Shown: positions 25,875 to 39,395, counted from the first letter of the stretch. The stretch is DNA of 64,000 bases from Cyanophora paradoxa CCMP329 (GCA_004431415.1 QPMI01000127.1:124001-188000), one strand, 5' to 3'. Numbers and translations: made by a program. The notes: generated by a model not told the origin, from the sequence alone.

Positions 25875-28800
25875 TCAGAAGGTGGAGGGAGCGCTAACAA
25901 AGGGCGGGGCACCGGCCTGGTAGTCGCCCGCCCTGCAGCTACCGGTACCGGGCGGGCTGCCGCTGGGATGGGCCTCCGCCTCCAGAGGGCGGCGCGCCGC
26001 GGGGCTGTGGACCGCCAGCTGCAGGCAATCTCGCGACCCGCGGCTGCGCATGCCAGGGGGCGGGGAATTCGGGGCCGGCGGGGTACGCTGTGCTGCCGCC
26101 TTACGCTTCTGGAGCTCGTGGTCGAGAATGCCGGGCGGCATATTGAGGGTCGCAATGGGCGCGGCAGGAGCGTCGGGCGGGGGAAGGGCGGGCGAGGGCG
26201 CGATGGGCTTGGGGTGGGCTACAGGGTGTGCCCTCCGCTTGTGTTTGAGGCGGGGCGGGAGGTGCACGTGGAGGGACGGGAGGGCGGGCACGCCGGAGAC
26301 TGGCGGGGCGGACGAGGGCGCGATGGCGCGCAGCGGCGCGGGGGGCCGAGGGGAGGGGGCGGCCCCCGAGCCGGAGAGGGGCGGCGGCCACTGCGACGGA
26401 GGAGATCGGGAAGTGGGGCCCAGATCCGGCGTCGCCGGGCGGGAATCGGATTCGGATTTGAAGTGCGGGGAGCCGCCGGCGCCGGCGCCCGTCGCGCGCA
26501 GTGGCCGCCGCCCCAGCGGCGGGGAGGGGGTTTCGCCCTCGAATTCCGCCCCCGCGGTGCCGGACCGCGGCCGAGCGCGGGGTTTCGGCTCTAGGGGGGG
26601 GAAGAGCGTCTGCAATCGGGCTCGAGGCGTCAGCGAGAGCCGGATCCGGAGATCTAATTCGGGGGTACGCGTACGTCGGGGGAGGCGTCGACGATCGACT
26701 CATCGCCGAGCGAGAGGCTCTCGAACCGAATGCCGACGTCGAGAGTGGCCCGCATCACTTCCTCCGCCTGGGGGATACGCGTACCCTCAGCCAAGAGGGG
26801 GGAGGGGGTGAAAAGGGTGGGGCGGGGCGGGCCTGGCGAAGGGCGGCGGCGTTGGGCGGTCTGAACGCTTTGACCACCTGCCCCCGGCCGAGCCGCAGCA
26901 CCCTCTCGGGCCGCAGCCCCCGCGAGATCTCGTCTCTCGGCTTCCCCACCTGCACCGTATCCCCCGCCCTCTCAGAGGGGCGAGGTGAAGCGAGACGGGC
27001 CGGGGCGTAGAGCTAGCGACAACATGTACCCCGAGGGTGTGGAAGTAGACGTCGTCGATGGGGAAGGAGCCGGATGCGGGTGTCGGGGAGGGCGGGGGCG
27101 GGGGGAAGGCGACGAAAGTCGCGGAGGGGGGTACACCGACACGGGCGGCCTCGTCGAGCCAGTTCGGGTCGGGCTGGCGAGCCCCGTCCTCGTCCCTGCA
27201 CCCCCCCTCGCCCTCGGAGGAATCGTCGAAGCGCTTGCAATCCTCGAGGGGGGCCGAGCTCCAGCGGAGGGGCGCCGCCGCCGACCCCGAGGCGAAGCTC
27301 GGCGCGAAGCTTCCGGGGACCCTCCGAAGCGGCGGCGGCGCCGCCGGCCCCATCTGCCGGCCCCGCGCGCCGCTATGAGCCTGGGAGGTGATAGAGAGGG
27401 GCGGGGGCGGGCGGGAAGGGGCACGGCGGTGACTCACGGCGGCGTAGGTGCTGAAGGCAAGGCGTTTTGCCCGTAGAATCATCTTCCCTCCAAAGCGTCC
27501 CATGAACTGGGTTGTCACTAGCGCGGTTACAGAGGTGGTCAGCGCAGCTCTCGATTTGCCATGGTGCGGGGAGAGGAAGGGTTACAGCGCACGCCAGTCC
27601 GGCATCCAGTTGCTGAAGCGACGCTCGTAGAACTGACACGTCAGCCTGCACGCACAGGAGTTCAACATTCAGGTAATCTTGGCGAGAGAAGCCGCAAGTA
27701 TTGAATTGAATTCAAGTTCAAGTCTGCACCGGCAGTGGCCAGGGTGGCCCGGCATCGATTCGGGCCGCGTCACGTCCACGCGCCACATGAGAAGGGAGAG
27801 GAGCTTGTCCTTGTACCCCCGCGTCGTCCTGAGGGGACAATCACATTTGATATCGGGTGGAGAAGGGGGAAAGAAGGAAGGAGGGGACGAAAGGGGAGGG
27901 GGGGGGGGGCGGGGAGGGAGGGGGACGAAGGGAGGGGGGGGAAGGGGGGGGGAAGGGGGGGCAGCGGAAGGGGGGAAAGGGCCCGAGGAGGAAGAGGGAG
28001 GGGGGGGGAAGGGGGGGGGGGGTGTATGCGCACCATACGTTGTTTTCGTCCAAGTCGCCCGCGACGAGGATCGAGAGAGCGGAGCCGTCGGCGAGTCTGC
28101 GGGCCCCCGAGTCGCGTGCGGAGGGCCGAGGGAATGCGGTGCGACGGGGCCGGGGACGCGCCTGCGACACGCGAAAATCCGCATCGTTTCGACTCGCGTG
28201 CCTGCCGGGGGAGCGTTCAGTGTCAGGGCAGGCGCGCGCGTCCCCCGGCTCGGCGCGGGAAAGAGTGGGCCCTGAGGCGGGGAGCGCGCACCGAACGAGT
28301 GAGAGACGTTGCGGAGGACGGCGCTGCAGCCCAGGCCGTCCTCGTCGTATATGTCCCGCGGCTCCAGCAGCGCCACCGGCTCCTCGCTCACGCACGTGTC
28401 GCTGACGTGCTGCGGCGCCAGCGTGAGAAGTCAGATATAAAAGAGGCGCCACGGGCGCGCGCCTTCGATATATGGCGGGAGACGAGCATCCGGGCCGCCG
28501 GCCCCGGAGGGATCGGGTCCAGATCCAGCTCGCCGCGGTAAAGGTAGTGCAACTTGTCCAGCCGCCTGCGGACCCGGCGCAGCGATCAGCGTCGGCTTCG
28601 GACCAGCGAGCGCACTGCGCATCGACAGATCTAGGGGCGGGTCGGGGCAGCGGCGCACTTGCACTCAACGCGCAGGTCCGAGTGCCTGCGAGCGTCGTCG
28701 GACGGCGCGGGGCGCCGGCGGGGACTGAACTTCGGAAGCGCGCCGCACCGGAGGAGCAGCTTCATTCCCTCCGCGCCGACGGAGAGCAGATGCACGGCGT

Positions 28801-28993
28801 CATCGATCGCCTGCGCAGGCACCGGTGCGCGGGGGGCGGGTGTCAGCGACGCGCGGCCGCGGCCGTGAGCTCCGGCGGGACGCGCCTCGCGGAGGGCGGC
28901 CTTGTCGAAAGGGACCACCGGGACGCCCTCGAACGACGGCAGCGGCCCGAAGACGGCCGCGGCCGCGGGCGCCTCCTTCGCCGCGGCCGGCAT
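25875..28993 (-). CDS. Unknown multi-exon gene family, tandem copy 2
   Basis: Same exon blocks (IDDAV.LL, EEPVALLEPRD, MRIFAC, DLDENN, CPLRTTRGYKDK, ESMPGHPGHCRC, RPPNAAALRQA). Confidence 0.65.
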
Positions 28994-30212
28994 ATGCATC
29001 GAGCCCCCCGCCGCCGGCCGCGGCGCCGGCCCTGACTCCGGAATCGGGATCGGATACGCCGGACCGCCCCGTCAGCGGACGGGCCCGCAGGCTGCAGCTG
29101 CGGAGCCGCCGCTTCGTCTCGCAAGTTAGAGTCCCAACTCGTTCGCCGCTGTCGCAATTGCAAGAGGCTGCGCTTCCGCTAGCGCTGCGGCTTACTAGGT
29201 CGCTGTTGCGCTCGAAGGTCGCTGTGGCTGCATGCACCGCCTCGCGTACGGTGCGCTCCAGGTCCCCGGACTCCAGGATTCCCGCCGTGACCAGGATCCC
29301 GGCCGGAATTCGAGAAGGGCCGAAAGCTCAGCCAGCTTCAGGGTGACGCGTACGCGCACCCGCGCGCGTGCATCACGGATTCACGGTGCATGCATTTCCA
29401 GGCCTATACTGCAGCTGGTAGCGCGCTGCAGGCTGCAGCTGCGGAAGATCCAACCGGGTACAGGGTCACTACAGTCTACAGCTCAGTCGACGTCGATCCT
29501 TGCGGATTAAATCGGGGCTAATAGCATGCTGCTCCGAGCCTCCGGTCCAATCCCAGCTTCTGCTTCTTCCAGCTTCTGGGTCCAGTCCCGCGCGCACGCT
29601 ATAGTATGATCATGATCATCGGATATATATATATGCCCGCAGCTGCGCGGCCGGCCCCTGCGCATGCGCATGCGCTGTGCCACGGTGCCGGCCAGCCTGC
29701 GCCCGTGGCCGGCGCTGGCGGCCGCGCGCGCCTTCTCGCTACGGCGCTGCGCGTAGTGATTCCCACCGTACGCGTGCACGTGCACGCGTACGTGTTTCAG
29801 GCGTGTGATCCGTATATATACGTATCCCACGGCGCCGACCAGACCCGAACTCGCGACGTGCACGGCGCCGGCGGCCGGTCGCCGGGCCGCGGGCTTGCCG
29901 TGCCCACGGCCACGTGCACGGCCCTTAGCTCAGCAACGTTAACTTGCAGCAACGTGCCCATCCGCGCGCCGGGCTCAGCGCTAGCAACTTGCAAGTTGCA
30001 AGCTGTCATGATCAGGTGCCCACGGCCACGGGCCTTTTAATTTATAAGTTTGGCCACCCCGGGAAGCCGTCCCCCCCCCCCCCCCCCCCCCCCCCCGTGC
30101 CGGGCGCGGCCGAAATCGGACGCCTGTGGCCTTTATCTAATATCTCCACGGGGTACGGTGCCACGGTGGCCGTTGGGACGGAGGGGGCGGGCAGGGCAGG
30201 GCGGGCCTAGAC

Positions 30213-30656
30213 TCAGACGCGGCGGTAGGCCTCCGCGGCGGCGATGTACACCTCCGGCACGTACGGATCCCGGCCCTGCGCCGCAGAAACCCGCCCCGCC
30301 CCGCCCCGGATCAGATCAAATTCGAATTCGAGGGCGCCACCGGGCCGGGCGGAGCAGCTGTAGGCAGGGGGGCGCACGCTTGGAGGGACGAGAAAGAGGC
30401 CTCCGATCCAGGCGGGCCGCCGTCGACGTCGGGGGCGCCCCCGCGTAGTTCGCTACCTGCGAACGAGGTGAGGGGGGGAAGAAGGTGCTCGAGGGGCGGG
30501 GGGTACGGGCCTCGAAGGTCTTGCGGGCGGCGGCGGGGGACTCGAGGGCGGCGGCGGCGACCTCCGCCACGTCGTCCCGCGAGACGCGCCCCCGGGGCCC
30601 CGTCGCCTTGTCCCCCTGCTTCAGCGCCACGCCCCGCTCCCCGCCCGCCTCGTCTG
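30213..30656 (-). pseudogene. Duplicated 3' fragment (last three exons) of the Rossmann/CIA30 gene at 34942-37624
   Basis: Near-identical to 34942-35353 (DEAGGERGV.LKQGDKATG...SRDDVAEVAAAALESPAAARKTFE). Homology stops at about 30656 and no upstream exons are present. Confidence 0.85.
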
Positions 30657-31201
30657 ACAAAAGAGCAGGGGCAAAACGCAGGCCAGTATTGACAGGGAAC
30701 AGAGATGACGGGGGAGGGATCAAAGGGACAGGCCTAGGGAAAGCTCGGATCATGCGAGGTACGGGAATTCGAAGATGTAAAGGACCAGACTGTCTCACGA
30801 GCATCGACGCCGCGGCGCAGGCATCGAAGTCGACTGACTAGAATCGAGGATCGATACAAGACTACCGTGGATCAAAGAAGGCCATGCGCGTGCAGGAACG
30901 GGAGGACGAGAGAGGGCGGGCGGAATAGCTGAAGGAGCCACAGGGATAGGGGGCGACTCGGCGATAGCCGAGGGCGCTGTACTACAGGAGGCGGGTCAAT
31001 ATCCGGAGCAACGATCGAAGGAGACCGAGAACGTCGACGACGGGGATGAAGATGGGGCAATTAATATTGCAACTGATCATGAGTAGGGGAGGAAGATCAG
31101 ATCACCGGATCACGTAATTTAATAAGCATGCATATGGCGCCGCTCGCACGCGAAGCTGGAGGTGCGCGCAGAAAAAAAATTCGAAATTGATATTATGCAA
31201 G

Positions 31202-34200
31202 TCAGAAGGTGGAGGGAGCAAAGGACGGGGCGCCGGCCTGGTAGTCGCCCGCCCTGCAGCTGCCGGGCGGGCTGCCGCTGGGGTGGGCCTCCGCATCAAG
31301 TGGGCGGGGCGTCGCGGCGCCGAGGGCCGCCAGCCGATCCCGCGATCCGCGGCTGCCAGGCGGCGGGGGCGGGGGCGGGGCCGGCGGGGTACGCTGCGCC
31401 GCCGCCTTCTCGTGGTCCAGAATAGCGGGCGGCAGATAGAAAGACATGATGGGGGATGCAGGAACGCCGGGCCAGGGAACAGCGGGCGCGGGCGCGATGG
31501 GCTTGGGGTGCGCTGCCGGGGGCGCCCTTCGCTTGCGCATCATGCGGTGCGGGAGGTGCACGTGGAGGGACGGGAGGGCGGGGACGTCGGGCTGGGGCGG
31601 GTAGGGCGAGGGCGCGATGGGGCGCAGCGGCGCGGGGGGCCGAGGGGAGGGGGCGGCCCCCGAGCCGGAGAGGGGCGGCGGCCACTGCGACGGAGGAGAT
31701 CGGGAAGTGGGGCCCAGATCCGGCGTCGCCGGGCGGGAATCGGATTCGGATTTGAAGTGCGGGGAGCCGCCGGCGCCGGCGCCCGTCGCGCGCAGTGGCC
31801 GCCGCCCCAGCGGCGGGGAGGGGGTTTCGCCCTCGAATTCCGCCCCCGCGGTGCCGGACCGCGGCCGAGCGCGGGGTTTCGGCTCTAGGGGGGGGAAGAG
31901 CGTCTGCAATCGGGCTCGAGGCGTCAGCGAGAGCCGGATCCGGAGATCTAACGGGGGTACGCGTACGTCGGGGGAGGCGTCGACGATCGACTCATCGCCG
32001 AGTGAGAGGCTCTCGAACCGAATGCCGACGTCGAGCGTGGCCCGCATCACTTCCTCCGCCTGGGGGATACGCGTACCCTCAGCCAAGAGAGGGGAGGGGG
32101 TGAAAAGGGTGGGGCGGGGCGGGCCTGGCGAAGGGCGGCGGCGTTGGGCGGCCTGAACGCTTTGACCACCTGGCCCCGGCCCAGCTGGATTACCCTCTCC
32201 GGCTGCAGCCCCCTCGAGATTTCGTCACTCGGCTTCCCCACCTGCACCGTACCCCCGGCCCTCTTAGCGGGGCGAGGTGAAGCGAGGCGGGCCGATGCGT
32301 TTAAATGGGGAAACCATGTACCCCGAGGGTGCGGAAGTAGACGTCGGGGGGGAGGGAGCCGGATGCGGGCGTCGGGGAGGGCGGGGGCGGGGGGAAGGCG
32401 ACGAAAGTCGCGGAGGGGGGTACACCGACACGGGCGCCGTCGCTGGGTTCGTGATCGACGACGCGATCTCCACTGCCGAGCCAGTCGGGGATCGTCGGGC
32501 CGGGCTGGCGAGCCCCGTCCTCGTTCCTGTACCCCCCCTCGCCCTCAGAGGAATCGTCGAAGCGCTCGTAATCCTCGAGGGCGCCCGAGCTCCAGCGGAG
32601 GGGCGCCGCCGCCGACCCCGAGGCGAAGCTCGGCGCGAAGCTCCCGGGGGCCCTCCGAAGCGGCGGCGCAGCCGCCGCCTGCCCCATCTGCCCGCCGCGC
32701 GCCGCTATGAGCCTCCGAACCGCGCGGCGGCCGCGGGGGCGGGGGCGGGCGGGAAGGGGCACGGCGGTGACTCACGGCGGCGTAGGTGCTGAAGGCAAGG
32801 CGTTTTGCCCGCAGTACCATCATCGCTCCAAAACGTCCAATGAATTGGGTTGTCACTAGCGGGGTTACAGGGGCGGTAAGCGCAGCTCGCGAATGCCATG
32901 GCGCGGGGGGGGGGTACAGCGCACGCCAGTCCGGCATCCAGTTGCTAAAGCGGCGCTCGTAGAACTGGCACGTCAGCCTGCACACAGGGGGCTCAAGGCG
33001 GTCTCGTCGTGAGCGGGGGCAAATTGAGTCCGCACCGGCAGTGGCCAGGGTGGCCCGGCATCGATTCGGGCCGCGTCACGTCCACGTGCCACATAAAAAG
33101 AGAGAGGAGCTTGTCCTTGTACCCCCGCGTGGTCCTGAGGGGACAATCACGTTTGGTATGTATATATCGGGTGGTGGAAGGGGGAAAGAAGGAAGATTCT
33201 TGGAGGGGCCCGGGGGAGGGGGGAGGGAGGGGGGGGGGGCGGGAACGGGGGGCGACAGGGGGGTCAGCGACCGCACCAGGCGTTGTTTTCGTCCAAGTCG
33301 GCGGCGACGAGGATCGAGAGGGCGGAGCCGTCGGCGAGCCTGCGGGCCCCCGAGTCGCGCGGAGGGCCTGGGGGGTAGCGGTGCGACGGGGGACGCGCCT
33401 GCGGCACGCGAAAATCCGCATAGTCTCGACTCGATTACCTGCCGAGGGAAGTCTCAAATTTCGGGGCAGGCGCGCGCGTCCCTCGGCCCGGCGCGGGCTC
33501 ACCGAACGACTGAGTGACAGTCCGCAGGACGGCGCTGCAGCCCAGGCCGTCCTCGTCGTGTATGTCCCGCGGCTCCAGCAGCGCCACCGGCTCCTCGCTC
33601 ACGCACGTGTCGCCCACTTGCTGCGGCGCCAGCGTGAGAAACCACATCTGTGGAACAAGTGCAGCGGGCGCGCGCCTTCGTTATATGACGAGCGATGAGC
33701 ATCCGGGCCGCCGGCCCGGGAGGAATCGGGTCCAGGTCCAATGCGGTGCGGTAGAGATAGTGCAGCTTTTCCAGCCGCCTGCGGACCCGGTGCATCGATC
33801 AGCGTCGGCTTCGGACGAGCGCGCGAGCGCACTGCGCATCGACAGATCTAGAGGCGGGTCGGGACAGCGGCGCACTTGCACTCGACGCGCAGGTCCGAGT
33901 GCCTGCGTGCACACGCGCATGCGGACGAGCACGGCGTCGTCGGACGGCGCGGGGCGCCGGCGGGCCGGGACTGAAGCGCGCGCGCCGCACCGCAGGAGCA
34001 GCTTCAACTCGTTGGAGTCAACGGCGAGCAGCCGCACGGCGTCATCGATCGCCTGCGCAGGCACCGGTGCGCGGGGGGCGGGTGTCAGCGACGCGCGGCC
34101 GCGGCCGTGAGCTCCGGCGGGACGTGCCTCGCGGAGGGCGGCCTTGTCGAAAGGGGCAATCGGGACGCCCTCGAAAGACGGCAGCGGCCCGAAGACGGCC

Positions 34201-34235
34201 GCGGCCGCGGGCGCCTCCTTCGCCGCAGCCGGCAT
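31202..34235 (-). CDS. Unknown multi-exon gene family, tandem copy 3
   Basis: ATG 34235 (MPAAAKEAP...). The 3' half is nearly identical to copy 2. Confidence 0.65.
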
Positions 34236-34941
34236 CGAGCCCCCCGCCGCCAGCCCTGACTAGTACTCCGGGAGTCGGGATCGGACCGCGCGCCCCAGAA
34301 CCCCAGAGGGCCAGAGCTTCAGAACCTCCGCTTCAGAACCTGCGCTGTAGCCGACGCTCCCGAGAGATCTGGAGCGCCGGCATCTGAAGCTCTGTTCGCC
34401 ACAATTGCTGTGCACGTGGCTGCGCGCGCTTCGCTCCCCGCCCGCGGCCGCTGGGCCGGCTCTGGCACTACCGGTAGCTCTGCAGCTCTCGATGCAGAGA
34501 GAGCGGAAGAGCACGGTCTGAGCACCGGCTACCGGGGTACGGGACTCATCGCGCTATAGGACGTCGACCGGCGCCGGCATGCACGCGGCCTGGGCGCGGC
34601 CCGATCGGACTCATCGGACTCGCAGCCTGCGCCAGCCTGCGCGGCGCTGCTCGCCGCTGAGAGCTTGAGTGATTTTCACCGTCGTCCAGACTCGAAGTAC
34701 TAGTCGCCACGGCGGCCGGCCGCCGGGCCGCCGGCTCAGCAAGCCGTCATGATCAGCTTGCCGTGCCATGCAAACAGCCACGGCCCTTCGGCCTCCCCGG
34801 AAAGCCGCCCCTGCCCCCGGCCCCGCCCCGCGCCGGCCACGGGCGCGACCTTGATCAAATACCTCCGCGGGCCGGGGTGGCCCTTGAGCTCGAGATCTAG
34901 ACGGAGGGGGCGGGCAGGGCGGGGCGGGCCTAGATTCGAAT

Positions 34942-37624
34942 TCAGACGCGGCGGTAGGCCTCCGCGGCGGCGATGTACACCTCCGGCACGTCCCTGCGCC
35001 GCAGAAACCCGCCCCGCCCCGCCCCGGATCAGATCAAATTCGAATTCGAGGGCGCCACCGGGCCGTGCGGGGCAGAAGGGCGGGCGGACGCACGCTTGGA
35101 GGGACGAGAAAGCGGCCTCCAGGCGGGCCGCCGTCGGGGGCGCCCCCGCGTAGTTCGCCACCTGCGAACGAAGTGAGGGGGGGGGAAGAAGGTGCTCGAG
35201 GGGCGGGGGGTACGGGCCTCGAAGGTCTTGCGGGCGGCGGCGGGGGACTCGAGGGCGGCGGCGGCGACCTCGGCCACGTCGTCCCGCGAGACGCGCCCCG
35301 TCGCCTTGTCCCCCTGCTTCAGCTCCACGCCCCGCTCCCCGCCCGCCTCGTCTGCTCATTATCAGGCGCGCGCTCAGATCGGACGCCGTCGGGCGTGAGG
35401 GGCGGAGGGCGGGGCGTACCCCCGAGGCCGACCGGGCGGACGATGCAGTAGGGGATACCGGAGTTGCGGACCGCGTTCTCCCCAAGGAGCTGGGGTACAC
35501 CGCGGCGTCAGAAAGGAAAGTGGGGGTACGCGGCGCAGAGGGGTAGGGCGGGGAGCTGACCTTGTACCGCAGGATGCCGCCGATGCGCTCGCTCAGCTGC
35601 AGGCCCGACGCTTCAGGGGTTTGTTGGGGGACTGCAGGGGGTACGTGCGCTCGCCTGGACGATGGGTATGCAGTTCTCAGCGGAGACGTCGCCCATGGCG
35701 CGACGCTGGGGCCGCATGACGCCCGCGGAGGAGACCATAACGAAGCGCGGCGTGGGAGACGGCGTCCTGGGGGTACGGGATTAGAGCGAGCGGGGGGGTG
35801 AGGCGCGGGGTACGCACGCCGTGTAGGCGCGGATGGGGCCCATCTCGAGGCGGAAGGCGCCCGGCCGGAACCGGAAGTTGTTCGACAGGTTCAGCTCGAA
35901 CCTGGAGGGGGGGGTACAGCTTCGAATCGCAGGATGGACGCGATGGGGGGGCAGAGGGGGGGTACCGGGAGATCATGATGGCGAAGCGGAGGATGCGGGA
36001 GGGGTCGAGCTCGACGCCGTACCTCCGCAGCCCTGATCCGTACACAATCTGGGAAGGGGGGGGGGAAGGGGTACGTAAGGTTAAGGCTCTGTAGGGGGGT
36101 ACGGGGATGGGACGGACGTTGTTGCGGCGGGTGGGGACGAAGTCGCTGAACGGGAGCCGCACGTCGATCCACTCGCCTGCCGAGGGTACAGGCGTTGGTG
36201 GGGGGTACGGGCCCTCAGCAGCCCGCGCGGACCCTCGACGGTGTCGAAGGGGCACTGCCACGTGTACTCGGGCTCGTCCTCCGTCTTGAGGATGAACTGG
36301 GCGGGGGGTACGTCTCGGTTGGGGGGAGGGGGGGGGGAGAGAGGGGGGAAGGCGGGCAGTCCACCTTGTACCGCTGCAGGGCGGGTCAGTCGAAGTCGCG
36401 CGAGGGCGATAGGGGAAGGGCGTAGTTCTAGGGGGGTACCGCACCTGGCCGTCGCCGCGAACGCGTAGCGCGATGCCGTTGAACCCGGAGCTTCGGGAGA
36501 ACGGGTAAGGAGCGGCGGGGTAAGTGATCAGAAAGCGGAGCGGGGCGAAGGGGGGGGGGTACGCACAGGTCGAAGGGCCGCTCATCGGCCTCCTTGATTA
36601 CGACAGAGGCGAACCCCCCCTTGTTCTGCAGGCTCACGTACCCCTCGAAGCTCGCCCCCTCCCCCGTCGGCACCAGCTGCGATTCGCTGAGGCCGCCCAT
36701 CACCTGCCGCCGACCCGGGGAGTAAGGGGTACGACGCAAAGCGGCGCGGCGCGTACAATCAGTGTACCCCGTCGTTGACGGAGCCCCAGTTGACGGGCTG
36801 GCCCGAGGTGCCGAGGGGGGCTACCACCTTCTCGTCGGCCCGCAGCTCCTTCGCGAACGCATCCACGAGGTTGCGTACCCCCTCGTAGTCGATCTGGCGG
36901 CGGGCGGTGAGCCGCGGGGGCGGCGGGCGGGGAAGGGCACGACGGGTACTGGCGCACCTCCTTCGGGGTGCCCCCGGACTGGGGGTTAGGCCCCACCGCG
37001 CACACTACGGCGTCGACGCCGCGTGTCGCGGCCGCGGCCGACTCCGGCTGCCGGATGTCTCCCGTCACCTGCCGAGCGCGCGGCGTCGGCTTCCGAGGCG
37101 CGCGACAAAGCTGAAGGGCGGATGGCGGGGCGCCACGAGCGGACCGTCTCGACGCCTGCGCCGAAGTTCGCCTTGGCGGGGTCCCGCACGAGCGCGCGGA
37201 CCTCCGCGCCCCGCGCGCGGAGCTTCTCGACGACCAGGCGGCCCACGCGGCCCGAGGCCCCCGCGACCAGCACCTTCTTCGCCGCTGCTCGGGTCGCGCG
37301 CACGCGCGGGCGTCAGAGCGCGGCTGCGAAGAGCGCTTTGGACCGCGCAGAAGCGTGGAAGGCTTCGGCCTCGGAGGCTAATCATGCCGGTGCACGTGCA
37401 TGGCGGCTGGAGCTAGGCTCTGGACGGAGAGGTTCCGGCGTAACGGACGCACCCGCCTCGATGTCGAAGGCGACGGGAGCGCGGCGAGCGTGCCGCCGGG
37501 CACGCGGTTGCGCGTCGAGGCGCGTGGGCTGCTCGGCCTCTTGCGCGCGACCGACACCGGTTCCGAGGAAGCTCGAGGACGAGGCCGACACGCGCTGAAC
37601 GGGCACGCCCACTGAGAACGCCAT
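34942..37624 (-). CDS. Plastid-targeted NAD(P)-binding Rossmann (atypical SDR) protein with inserted CIA30 domain (HCF173/UOS1-like family)
   Basis: Transit-peptide-like MAFSVGVPVQRVSASSSSFLG; KKVLVAGASGRVGRLVV; VRALVRD; IDYEGVRNL; CIA30 motifs WGSVNDGVMGGLSES, GYVSLQNKGGFASV, LRVRGDG, W..VRLPFSDFVP; then GENAVRNSGIPYCIVRP and VSRDDVAEV. Confidence 0.9.
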
Positions 37625-37667
37625 CTTTTTCTGCTGCGTTGTCTGGGCGGGGGTACAACCGATTTAG

Positions 37668-38558
37668 CTGGCGACCCTCGCCTGGCCCGATTTCCTGCAG
37701 CAGGCGCGCGTCTTGGCGCGGGACCGGCAATGGGAGCTGCGTGGCGACCCGGAGGGCATGCCCGGCAGCGCCTACCTCGTTCGAACTGAGCGCTCGCTGC
37801 TCCGGCCCGCTGCGCCGCCGCCGGTCGCCGTCTGCGAGGCTGTGGGCGTACATGAGGAAGAGCTCGTTGAGGAGATCGACTCGTCCTGCCTGCGCCTCCC
37901 GGTGCGCGCCATCCAAAAGTGTTCCGCGGCATGCGCAGACGATCGACCGCGCGCGCGCGCCGACTAACGACGCCGCTTTCGCTGCAGGACGAGCCTGCCG
38001 GCGAGGCGTACGTTTACGAGCATCACGTCGTCTTCTCGCCCTCGTACAGCGTCCCCGTGCTGTACTTTCGCGCGTCGCGCTCCGGTGCGCTTTCAGTTTG
38101 GATATGAACTCGAATGATGCCGCCGGCGGCTGACCGCCGCGCAGACGGCTCGCCGCTGACGGCGGAGGAGGTCTGGGCCAACATACCGCACCGCTTCCGC
38201 GCCGACAGCGCCGGCGCGGCGGTTGTGAGCCAGAACGCGCGTCCTCCCGCGGCCGCCGCCCCCGCCCGCCCTGCGGCGCCCTCGCGCCCTGAGCCCCCGG
38301 CAGGAGCACCCGGTGCTGGGCTCGCCCTTCTTCTTCATGCACCCCTGCGGCACGGCCGACCTGATGGCCGCCCTCCTGCGCCCCAGCCCCGGGCCCGGCG
38401 AGGGCGAGGGCTATGGCGCCCAGTGCGCGTGCGCCGGCCAGCATTCGGATGCGGATCGGAACCGGTACCTCGCCGCGTGGCTCGCCGCCGTCGGCCCCGC
38501 CGCCGGCCTCGCCGTCTCCCCCCACGACTTCCTCTCCGCGGCCACGTCCGTCGCCTGA
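37668..38558 (+). CDS. ATG10: Ubiquitin-like-conjugating (E2-like) autophagy enzyme ATG10; start uncertain (CTG 37668 or ATG 37758)
   Basis: YEHHVVFSPSYSVPVLYF, DGSPLTAEEVW, EHPVLGSPFFFMHPCGT (catalytic HPC) and YLAAWLAAVGP. Confidence 0.9.
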
Positions 38559-38649
38559 GCGCTTCCAATTCTTCTGTATACCGTAGCTATCCTGCCTGGT
38601 TCTGGGCGTCTACTTATCTTAGCTCGCTAGCGCTATAGCTGCTACGTTG

Positions 38650-39364
38650 CTACCCGGGGGGGGACTTGGGCGCCTGGGGCCGCTGCTTGGTCACGGAGCC
38701 GCGCCGGTTCTCCTTGGGGGCGGGGGGCCCCTTGCGGGCGGCCGAGTGGACGAGGGCCATGGCGAGGCCGCCGCTGTCGAGCAGCTGGCCGTGGACGACC
38801 TCGGTCGCCTCGCGCCGCAGCTCGCGGGCCGCGCGCGCCGCCTCCTGCGAGACGGCGGCGGCGCCCGTCCCCTGCACGCCCTCCAGCAGCCGCCGCATCC
38901 GCTCCAGCAGCTGCTCGCACCACGCCCCGACCGGCGCCCGCGGCCGCCAGTCGATCTCCCCGTGCGCCTGCGCCCACAGCGTGAGGAGAAGAACGATAGA
39001 ATCACGCAGAGCTCTAAGAGATTAGTACCTTGTAGAGGTCCTTGCAGAGGGCGGTCCAGCGCTTGAGGGCGTCGCCCGGCACGTCGGCCCGCATGACCGC
39101 CACCGCAATCTCCCGCAGCGCCGTCCGCGCCCGCGCCTGCCGCCCGGGGCGAAGGAGCTTCAGGCGGAGGAGGAAGGGAGCGGTCCTGGCTATGGCCCGA
39201 TCTAATGATGAGCTAGCTCTATGCATCTACGATCCATCAAATCGAATCAGATCGAACGGGCGGGCCTCGAGCAGCATGCCGCGGAGGGCGGTCTGCCTCA
39301 CGTACTGGTTCCTCACCACCACCCGCTCCACCCCGACGCTCTGAGCGAGGGGTTGGGCGGGGGT

Positions 39365-39395
<31 letters not shown>

